This document shows positions 25,642-35,935 of a stretch of 64,000 nucleotides of DNA, in pieces. The notes beneath the pieces are model-generated. The model was not told the DNA's origin. It made no database searches and saw only the letters and a program-made list of their open reading frames with translations. Every line of letters begins with the position of its first letter. Within the stretch, counting starts at the first letter, position 1. Source of the DNA: Iphione sp. A-MEVVRFRX5 (taxonomy: Eukaryota); assembly GCA_976226885.1 (NCBI GenBank), contig OZ320315.1:97216001-97280000 (forward strand), given 5' to 3'. The position numbers and the translations under genes were made by a program.

Positions 25642-26289
25642 TCACTCAGAAAGTCCAAACATAACTGCGACCGCTGTGTCTATACTGTAGCCCCAGTCTT
25701 GTAGGGCCTCATCCGTCGGGTGGCAACCATCGTATAGATGCAGGAAGTTCGATTTGTATCTTCCTTTATCAACACGATGCACCGGTAGTGCTGTTGAGGG
25801 TGTATATACATTGTTTTGTTTGTTAATATCAAGATACACATTATTTAAGACCCTCACACATTTGGTTAGCATACGTTGATTTTCAGACGTTGCAGTCATA
25901 GGGCTATATTCAAACAGGTTAATGCTACATATTGGCATATAACCGATTCTACCATTATAGCCCAACTTTATCAACCTTGCTTTCAATTCTTCATTGAGTG
26001 CTCTCACCCAGAGTTCCAGCAGATGTGGATCATCATACACTAACGACAATTGCTTGTTACTCGGGTCCCTGATACTTAAATTATTTACTCCTAAAAATGA
26101 AAATATTAGTGAATAGTAGCGGCAATCATGTTCCCTTAACCACTTAAAAATGTACTCTAACTTTGGCCCTGACTTGGACACAACTTCAATAGTAATGTTT
26201 CTATGCCAAAACCAATTTAAATTAATGTAATTTCTCAAATGACGACCCCGAGAATCACAAACAATTAAAACTGAGTGATGCATTTTCAA
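25642..26289 (-). CDS. Stand-alone SGNH/GDSL-type hydrolase (esterase), intact 215 aa
   Basis: Block I VCDSRGRHL (nucleophile Ser), block II SKSGPKL, block III FLGVNNL, block V LYDGCHP (Asp and His). Confidence 0.85.
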   Translation of the reverse strand: MKMHHSVLIVCDSRGRHLRNYINLNWFWHRNITIEVVSKSGPKLEYIFKWLREHDCRYYSLIFSFLGVNNLSIRDPSNKQLSLVYDDPHLLELWVRALNEELKARLIKLGYNGRIGYMPICSINLFEYSPMTATSENQRMLTKCVRVLNNVYLDINKQNNVYTPSTALPVHRVDKGRYKSNFLHLYDGCHPTDEALQDWGYSIDTAVAVMFGLSE

Positions 26290-26782
26290 TACTATTATAG
26301 AAAAACAAGATATAATAGCACTTAGCCGTATCCTAAAAAAATGTTGATGTTACGTAGCTATCCTTCTGAAAAAAGAAATGTACACATTAATTATCAATAC
26401 TCATATTGTATCAAGCTCAATAATACATCCAACGAGACAAACATATGGCTAGAGATATATTTTATCGGACAGACTCTTGCCCAGAACAATAATTTTTGGA
26501 CAGACACTTGTCCAGATCATTTTACCTAATCAATTTCAACATACAATATCTCTGAAAAATATGCCATATATGTTCAACGTTGTACAAAAGGAAAAAATTA
26601 ATAGTAATGTGTGCTACCGGCAGACCATTGCCAGTGACTTGTAATCGTACTTTTCTTCTTATTTCGTTGCTTTTAGGCAGACACTTACCATAAAGCATAC
26701 ACTAGCATTGCCGTCTCACCAGGTATTCGAATCTTCCCAAGTAAGACGGTCTGAAAAGCACATAATAAACACAAAAATGTCA

Positions 26783-28280
26783 TTAAATATTGTCTCTGAC
26801 CTCCATTAATACATTTCCATATTCGTTTGATCCCGGAAATTCCATTTTCATCAGGTTTTTGTCATTAAAGCCTACTCCACTCCCAATCCAGTCATCTCGA
26901 GTTGCAAAGACAAGCCTTTTGGTACCGGTACTCTGCAACGCCGCACGTGATATCTCATTTTGCTGAAACTTACATATCAATCCAGTTCGTAGAACAGAAC
27001 GTTGAATTTTGCACCAGTCCTCAGTCGATTTGCATTGGCTACCCAAGGCTCGTACTCTCTTGGGATTCTCCTCAAGCATAATACGATGTCGGAGAATTTC
27101 GTCGCCTGCAAGTTGTGCCTTTTCTGATTGAAAATGGTGCTCACTGGATTCGTACCTGTCCCCGCGGATTGTGAACGGTGTGTGCGAATATGACGAGAGT
27201 TGACTGTGTTCTTCTCGTATTACGTAAGCTGTTTCAGTCTCCTGTACACATGATTGATCCAAACTCAGATCAGCGGGTATACAGTCCAGATGGTCATATC
27301 CGAAGTCAACGCCGTCAATACGAATGCTCACCCCTCTTACAGACGCTTTCATGCCCTTACTCCGTGCTAAATTTGCTATCATCTGCAACTGAGTATGTTT
27401 TTCTTTTAAACTGCTTGGAATATCTTCATTGAGGTAGACTTGGCGACTTGTATTGCTCTTACGTAATATCGTTCGTTGTGCTAGCAAGCTATTTCGAGCT
27501 TCTGGGCAGGACAGACGAACCAGTATTGGCCTGGGGTTTTTTCTCGGTTTACCTAGTCTTGTTGCTGATAGAACAAAATCCAGCCCGAAATTTGGATCAA
27601 TTTCGTGGAAAACACCCACCACTTGATCCCACGTTGTTACACTATTATCCTCTTTCAGGTTGTCGACTATCAGATTCTGCCTTTTACTTTCCAATTCAAT
27701 CCCTTCAACTTTTCTTTTCAAGTGGTCATTTTGTTGTTCTAAAGCATACACCCTAGTAATTGTTGTACACATAGTGCGTTCATTCTCTTCCACTTTCTGA
27801 CTCATATCATGTTTCCACGTCTTATCTTGTTCAGATATCTTATTCAAATCTACGACCAGGTTTGCAGTTTGTGACTCGAGAGATTTAACAGTTTGTTCCA
27901 AAGTAACCAGTCTCTGCCCAACGTTTTTGCTCATTTCAAGTTGTTGTTGAACACCAATTAGTGCTTGTTTAATTTCAAACTGGTTTTCAAACACTAATTT
28001 CAGTGCTTCCCTCATATCTAATTTGTCAAAGTCAATATGAGTTTCATTATCATCAGGCACCGATTGGGTGGTATTTGTACCTTGTATCCCACTGTCACCT
28101 ACTGTCTGATTCAGTTCTTGAATAGAAATATTTGTTGCATTACCTGCTCCTTCCTGTATCTGAACTGGCGTTGCTTGTGGTGGTAGAGGGGCTGCTCCTG
28201 ATTGTTCCTCATGTGTCAGTATTTTCGACGGAGTAGAGAACACAGGTGACGACCCTGGCATTGATCTTGATATATCCAGC
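26783..28280 (-). CDS. LINE ORF1: coiled coil, RRM, CTD and NADAR fusion, uninterrupted (~495 aa; extreme 5' end replaced by DIRS sequence)
   Basis: Heptads, then KRQNLIVDNLKED, ATRLGKP...PILVRL and YLNEDIP. NADAR motifs: YESSEHHFQSEKA, KFQQN, LQSTG, RDDWIGSG, GSNEYGNVLMEVRDNI. Confidence 0.9.
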
Positions 28281-29810
28281 GTGGTGTATACACCGGCCGC
28301 ATAATACACATGCATCATAAGCTCGACCGTCAGTTGCCCCCCATCCCTTGAGGGAGGCATCAGCCTCAATCATTCTGGCATATGACTGATGTTGAATCAA
28401 TGCCCTGCCATTCCAGTCTGCCATATAGACCAGGAACCACTGGAGGTCAGCCTTCATCTCTGTTTATACGAATGTAGGGTGATTTTGCAGCTCGAAAGTC
28501 TGCCAATGCACGGCCCAGAAATGGACGTGCAGGGCCCACACACTTGGCAACAAAGAGGAGGCGTCCAATTAAGCTTTGAAACTGTCTGCGGGTGAGGGAC
28601 TTCCTATTTAACGTCCCGCACCTCCCGAAGCTTAGCTGTGGGGATGGACAAGGTCATTTCTCGGGCATCAATACAGATGCCCAGCCATGTAACACGCTGG
28701 GCAGGTGGTTGTGCCTTGCCTTCAGCTTTGGGTAACCCAAGTCCAAGTATATGAGGGCCGTAATGCCATGCTGCTTAAGCATGTAGACAATGGCGTTAGC
28801 CACTCTTTGCATATGGTATGATGAGACGCGACTACTGAAGGGCATAGAAGTGTCAAGTAAAATTTTCCCCGCAATTGAAAGGCTAGGAGCGGCCAATCGA
28901 GAGGGCAAGATGTAAAGTTCTTATACGCCCTCTCAATGTCTACGGTGAACATGTAGGCATTCGTCCCAACTTCCAAGAGTATGTCAGACCATGCGTCAAT
29001 AGTAGGCAAGGCGTGGTCCTGTCGGACACCAAGAACAGTGTTCTTACTGACGTAGGCATTAATAGACCGGTCAGCTGGATAAGACAGATCTGTAATGACC
29101 CTGTGGTTATGAGGTTCTTTCTTAGGTCTAGACATTAACGGTGACACGTGGGCCCATGCGTCAAATGGAACAGACTCAAATGGGCCATACACCGTATCAC
29201 ATGCAAGCTCCTTCCTAATGAACTGATCAATCGCCTTAGGATACTGATTGGCACTGGGATGGTTGTCTACATTGCGTGATAACCAAGATAACCTAGCGGG
29301 AAGCCGTAGTTGAGAAATTCCAGGAGCTGGCTAAACTCCTGGGTCTCTTTTAATTCATCACGCCATGTGTCAAATTTAGTCGTGTTGGCAGCTGACGCCT
29401 GGCAGATATGGCATTGGGCATCCCTGTGGCCCTAACTGTCTCATAAATGTCCGTCAAGTGTGAAGGAAGAGTGCTAGACAATAGATGAGGCCAGTAGTCT
29501 CTACGGTGTTGTTGCATATGTGAAATCAACGCGAAATCAGTAGCAAGTGGTCGCACGTGGCTAAACATGTCTATATATACCTGAGTATGTGGGCGCCCTC
29601 TATCGCAATGTCTGACCTTGAGGCAGACGGGGGGGGGGGGTCAGTTGCCGGGGCGTGCCGGGAAGTGCTGGTATGCCCGCTTAAGATCGATGACAACGAG
29701 GTGGCACGGGGCTTCGAATCTTTTGATGATACGGACAAGGTCGGGGATGGTGGGCAGGGTATGGGACCTGTCGGTGCCGCAGATGTATCCCTTTTAAACG
29801 AAGGCATTTA
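28280..29810 (-). mobile_element. DIRS-order fragment (gag start, RT, RNase H)
   Basis: NHPSANQYP, PLMSRPKKEPHNHRVITDLSYP, DIERAYKNFTSCPLDWPLL, IYLD, KADLQWF and EADASLKGWGATDG. Confidence 0.88.
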
Positions 29811-30126
29811 CGGGCTGTCCTTCCGGATACGACAGGTTGACCATTATAACCACTAATAGCGGCTTGGGCTTTAAAATGCTCTTTATGATCAGAACATAAA
29901 AGATATGTGAAAATTGTAAATAGTAAACACACACACAATACATGATAATAGAATAATTGTTGTTGAAATTGCCACCTCGTAAAGACCCTTTTGAGGTGTA
30001 GGGTGGGTGGGTGGTTTCGTGTGGTCAGCTCGAGAGTCAGCAGCAAACTGACCGGTTGGAGCTGCACCGCTATGTTGTTCAATGAACCTGCCCCTAACTG
30101 CATCACACTGACGTCTCTCTGCCACT

Positions 30127-30540
30127 GGGGTCTCCTCCACTATGGTCTGCTCGCACGATACTCCAGAACACCCTGGGGTCTCCTCCACTATGGTCTGCTC
30201 GCACGATACTCCAGAACACCCCGCGGTCTCCTCCACTATGGTCTGCTCGCACGATACTCCAGAACACCCCGCGGTCTCCTCCACTATGGTCTGCTCGCAC
30301 GATACTCGAGAACACCCCGTGGTCTCCTCCACTATGGTCTGCTCGCACGATACTCCAGAACACCCCGCGGTCTCCTCCACTATGGTCTGCTCGCACGATA
30401 CTCCAGAACACCCTGGGGTCTCCTCCACTATGGTCTGCTCGCACGATACTCCAGAACACCCCGCGGTCTCCTCCACTATGGTCTGCTCACACAATACTCC
30501 AGAACACCCCGGGGTCTCTTCTAGGGTCTGCTCACAATAC
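30127..30540. repeat. 48-bp minisatellite, about 8.6 copies
   Basis: Unit GGGGTCTCCTCCACTATGGTCTGCTCGCACGATACTCCAGAACACCC(C/T); translates as (CEQTIVEETxGCSGVS)n. Confidence 0.97.
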
Positions 30541-30793
30541 CATTGACCCTGCAAACATCTTGTGAGCCCCACTTTTAACATTCTCTCCTCCTCCCCCTTT
30601 CTTTTTCTTGATTCCCTCTCTTCCCTCTCTTTTCCATGTCACTACCTACTCTGATTTCCGGACAATTTTTGGGGGTTAAACTTTATTTACACTAGAAGTA
30701 TGTACAAGCTTTGTTGCAGGTATTTGTCCAGTTTTCGTTGAGGGAGAGCTTCTGTCGGTATATACAATTGGGTGATGAGGGTTGGTGCGGTGA

Positions 30794-33700
30794 GATGAAT
30801 AAATGAATGAATAAACATTTATTAACCAATCTTCGTTGTTTGTACAAAGTTCTCCTGGTTAATAATAGTGTATGTAGTTAGAGAATAAGTTGGCCAATCG
30901 GGAACGAGCACATGAGTATAGCAGTAGGATACAACACAAGAATTAGGACAACACCACAAGAGCTCAGACTAATGACGATTATTACATATACACACAATAC
31001 GTAAGCACAGCACAATTTATAGGGCTTCGAACAGGATAACATTAATATGGGTGCAGTACAAGCTAGGACATATGTTACACACATTATTAGTGTACACATT
31101 AGGTACAATACCTATGTTACAACGACACATTTTAACATGGCATCCATACCACATATCATGCATAGGTAGTCAATGAAGCAGTACATGAGAAGACATTGTG
31201 ACATTATGATATTTACAGTGAGTACTCAGGCATATTCATACATACATATCAACAAACAACATGGTTGTAGCACCACAGGTATTCTGATCACACAATAGTT
31301 AGGACAGGTAACAAATGACAAATGTTTTACAAGAGTGGTGAACACGGCACAGTCAAGTTAGCACAGACACAGGTAGCTTGAAAGTTAGTAAGGGTCATGC
31401 TCAGATCTATGTTACATACCGAGTTGAACTTAAGGTGCGCAACATGATATGATACACAATGTAGCATGAACAACATAGAACTGCGACAGACTTGACGAAC
31501 AGACACTTAAATATGTTTACCCACAGACCTTGCACATAGTCCCACACGAACAACATGGAACTGCGACATGTAACCTATTTATCATTAGCAATTGAACTAG
31601 CAAACACTTGTGCTCACACAGGACAATGAACAACACATAATTAATGCATAATTGTTATGCCTGATATTAGATACTAGGAGTTTATGAGCTACGATACCAG
31701 CCTACATGAACTAGAATGTGAACCTGTAGAGCAATGTTAGCATGCACTTCATTGTTAACTGATGAAATCCCCCCTTACACGTACCCATGTTTTGGAGCGC
31801 TGAGTACCAGTTTGAACGCGCATACATCCAAAACTGTCATCCCACTGCATTAGCATATCCGCCTTGTGTCCCTCAGTGTAGTTAACATTCCTACCCAAGT
31901 ACACATGACGGAAAATGGTACTTATCCAAGTTCACCTCATACATGTTAGAACTCTAATGTGTTACTCCTCCTTCTACTACAATGACCCAGTCCAGCTCCC
32001 CCAATGGTAGTATTACTAGATCATCCAACAGTACTTACCCCCCCCTCCCATCCCAGCGTTCCCCGGTTCCTTCACCCACTATCATTTGCTGTTGTTAGTC
32101 CCACTTGTGTAAAATCGCTTCGTTGTCGTAGTTCTTATATCTTGACCGGCATGTCATCTTTTGCTTAAATGCTAGTCCATTACAGATTGACTGACATCCA
32201 GAGTAGCCAGTTGCCTAGTTTAGGCACCTTTGACTCTCTTAATTCCTTAGGGATCTTGTTCCACGTTGATGCGGCTCTGTAGCAGAGGCTAGCAAGGAAT
32301 TGCCGAGATAGCACGGAGGTTGATGATGTCAGTCACCCTACTGATGTGAAACCTTTCGGCTAGTCACTTGGTAGATGCCAGCACGATCGATTGCATACCT
32401 ACACGTATGCATCTATTTAGGTGCACTTGTAGATTCTTCTTATCCGACGAGGATGCGCCGTATAGCACCGCAGCACCATAAAGTAGGTGCGGGAGTACAA
32501 GAGCCTTAAACAGTCTCGCACGTATGTGTAGAGCTAGCACCATGTAGGAGCATTTGCCCTCGCTTAGTCGCAGGCCAGTATCCTTGCACCATCGTGACAC
32601 CGCATTAATGGTGTTTTGCGATGCGGTACATAGCCGTAAGAGGTCCGGTGCCGACACAATGATGGTCATGTCGTCAGCGTATAGTGTGACCTCACTGCTG
32701 GGAGGTAGCCTTTCAAAGATTTCGTCAATGACTAAAGCGAAGGCGCTAGGCCCAAACACGGAGCCTTGAGGGACCCCATGTGCTACTGCTCGTCGGTGTG
32801 AATCCACACCATTGCAGCGAACGAACTGTTGTCTGTTGGCGAAGTAGCTTGCCACCAGTTTACGGATGGCGACACTCGCACCAGCAATTTCAAGGCGATT
32901 AAGAACCCCTGCAGAAGGCACCAAATCAAATGCTTTTTTTAAATCAAAAGCTAACAGGCTGCAATACAAACCTGAGTTTAGCTTCAATTGAGCATGGACA
33001 ATCATGCTTACCATGGCGGTTTCAGTGCTTCTTCCAGCACGAAATCCATGTTGCCTCTTGTTTATGAAGTTTCTCTCCTCCAGAAATCTCATTAGCAAGC
33101 CAACATATGCCTCAAAGATTTTGCCCGGCAGAGGCAGGATCGACACTGGTCTGTAGTTGGAAACATTCTCCTTGTCCCCCTTTTTGTAGATAGGTGTCAC
33201 TCTTGCAACTTTCCAGATATCTGGATAGCAGCCAGTTTCAATGACTTTGCCGAAGAGTTCAGACAGGAAATCTGATTGCCGTAGTAGGAGAGGTTTCAGT
33301 ATGCTGGTAGGTATCCCTTCGATACCTGATGATTTATGAGAGTGCTGTTTCTGGATATAAGGTCGTAAGGCAATCGGGCTAGGAGCAGCAATGTCAAATG
33401 ACTGTTGTCAACCTGGTGCAACCCATCTTCTTATGGAGGGCGTGACAGCTAACCGCGCTACTTCATCGACAAAGTGGTCATTAAACTCTGCCGCTAGAGT
33501 AGTATTGGCATTGGCTCCCGCATTGGTTCTGTTGGGTAGAACTGCTTTACGTTCTCCTCGTCCCAGTACTGAGTTAAGCACACCCCAAAGTTTTGCTGAG
33601 TCGGTTCCTGCTTTTGCCACCTTGTTCATCCAGAAGTTTCATCATATTGTCCTGATGGCCATCTTCACCTTTTTGTCCAGAAACCTGAATATACGCTTTG

Positions 33701-34700
33701 AGTCCATGCATCGTTCTTTCCTCCACTTCATGTAAAAATACTTTCTATCAGCAATCAGATCTAGGGTATCGTCATCAAGTGATGGGCCCTCTTCTACTCT
33801 GCGACGTTTCACCGTCCTTATTGGGCACCTTTCTTCAAGTAGTTTTCTTGTTCGATCCTCGAACTTCTCCCATGTTGTGCTTGGGTCGTTTCCTACTGTC
33901 GTCAAACCTTCCTGCCGAAGTTGCATGTCAAGCTCATCAAGATTGGCATCACCCCATTTTCTTGACTCATACATCTCCTGGACAATTTTCGGCGCTCCTT
34001 TTTTGACTTGGAGGATCACAGGAAGGTGGTCGCGCAGGAAGCATAGCGGGGTATACACTCGTGAGCGGCCCCGGTAGTTAACCCACACATGGTCTAGGCA
34101 GTGGTCACCCTCCACCATGGTGGGAACATGTACCATAACTGCAGAATGGCTCAGTTAGGCACTGACTGACTCTCTCCTTTTTACTGTAGTCGTAGTTTAG
34201 ATCACCAGCTATCATCACATCACAGCGCTTTATTCTGACGATATCTTTCAGTACTAGTTCCAGTGCGCTGGCAGAGTGTCTAAGCCTGTCATGAGGGGGA
34301 CGATAAGCGGCTGCCACGTAATGGGGCCTATGTTTCCCTATCCTTAGTTTCACTCCCAGGATCTCGCAAAGACTACCATCATGGTTGTGATTAGTGATAT
34401 CTTCTACAATAATCCCATCTTTAACATAAATCAATAGACCCCCCCCCCTCTGAACCGACCCTCCCGTTCTATCCTGTCAAATTAATTGAAATCTCGACTT
34501 CTCCTAGAGTGTGGGTGGAATTCAACCATGACTCTGTGACAATGGCAATGTCAACTTTTCATCCGAAAGCAATTCACTGAGGCCCTCCCTCTTTTTGCAT
34601 ACACTTCTGACATTATAGTTTAATACTCGAAGGTATCCCATCTTTACTATTAGGCATACAGTAATGAATAAGATAACAAGCCCCCACCACCACTCATCGA
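30794..34700 (-). mobile_element. LINE ORF2 (APE-RT, degraded) with a ~1.35-kb 3' UTR and (TTCA)n-like tail
   Basis: ORF2 34641 to about 32180: MGYLRVLNYNVRSV, IAGDLNYD, CLDHVW...RDHLPV, QHGFRAGRST, GVPQGSVFGP, YADD. AATAAA plus TTCA/TTTA repeats at 30794-30823. Close relative of the 19.7-21.1 kb RT. Confidence 0.88.
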
Positions 34701-35489
34701 GATCAATCAACCTAGAGATCAATCAACCTAGATTCCCCAAGTAGTATATAGAGAACAATAGCAAAAAGTGACAAACAACATAACGTGAATTTGAAAAATA
34801 GTGATATCTATTGAGGGTATCTTTCTAGAACATCAGTTACTGTAAAATATAGTTTAATACTCGAAGGTATCCCATCTTTACTATTAGGCACACAGTAATG
34901 AATAAGATAACAAGCCCCCACCACCACTCATCCATATCGAGATGAGTAGGGGTAATGATGGAAATTTGTTTTGGTTTATGGGAGAGCCTCTTTAACGTGC
35001 AGGTAGAGTAGTGGTTTTTGACAGCAATGTCTTTCAAGGGCATCTCTTATTCATGAGTTTAGTGGATACAGTAGTGTATTAGGGTATCAACCTGTATAGC
35101 TGTATAGGTAGGAATATGGAACGGTATCACCCTGTTATTTCAGATGTGTGTTGGTTGTTCCAGTATTCGGCTTTCAAAAGTAGTGGTCTGTTTGTGTGAT
35201 CTCTTAATATGCCAAGCAGTTGATGACAGTCGATGTTAGGCTATGGGACTAGGAAATGTGCTTTGATTAGACATTGCTGTCGTTTCTTTTGTAACATTTT
35301 TCTGAACTCTTTTTTGGGTAGGTTTTGTTCTATTTTTTGTTAGTGAGGTTAACCATAGTTTTTTAATCTGTAACCTGGAGAGCATTTGAATCCCTCTTTC
35401 TTTGGTTTTGTGTTGTCTTCCAGCTGCCTTCTTGTTGCTCTATGCGTCAGTATATGTGGCTATGTGGCTCACCGCCATTTGGTTCTTCC

Positions 35490-35690
35490 ATCCCCCCTTA
35501 TATCTCTCCTCCTTGTTTTCACTCTCTCCCTGTCTCCCTCTCCCTTCTCCCTCTCCCCATCCCTCTCCCCATCCCTCACTTTCTCCCTCTCTTCTGCCAC
35601 TCCTCTGCTCTCTCTCCCACTCCTTAACGCTCTCACTCTATCCCTCTCGTTCCCCCTTTTTCTCCTCTCTTCCTCTCTTTGCAGCCTTGT
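35490..35690. repeat. CT-rich (GA-rich on minus) low-complexity tract
   Basis: Direct reading. Confidence 0.85.
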
Positions 35691-35935
35691 TGTATGCCAA
35701 ATTTTAATAATAATAATAATAATAATAAATAAATTTTATTATTCCAAGTACCGTCCTATCGGACGTTTTTCGTAATGTGGAATAATCTTACAAGGAAATG
35801 CCTGATAAGTAGATGGCATGACCAGGTGATAGATGGGTGATGAGATGTGATGGAATATACACAAATATAGTGTTTACAATTGATAAAGGAGTCAGTATAT
35901 GCAGTTCTTACATAATACAATCCACAAATTTTTGT

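Larger units (their letters stand above)
22678..28280 (-). mobile_element. Three-ORF LINE (ORF1-NADAR open, hydrolase open, ORF2 decayed) with a (TGTTAAAA)n tail
   Basis: Ordered ORFs at 28280-26783, 26289-25642 and 25503 to about 22850; AATAAA at 22701-22706. Confidence 0.9.

Noticed and set aside
26783-27250. Bacterial contamination or a DarT-NADAR toxin-antitoxin or riboflavin operon as source of the NADAR
   Set aside because: NADAR is in frame with a LINE RRM in multiple diverged copies embedded among eukaryotic retroelements. There is no DarT, rib gene or operon-like organisation.
28280-28369. A genuine DIRS-LINE fusion protein (the 528-aa ORF starts in DIRS sequence)
   Set aside because: The first ~30 codons are an alternative frame of the DIRS RNase H; this is most likely a chance open frame across the junction.
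30127-30540. CRISPR-like regular repeats (also 44454-45340)
   Set aside because: The units are head-to-tail with no unique spacers, there are no cas genes, and the context is eukaryotic retroelements.
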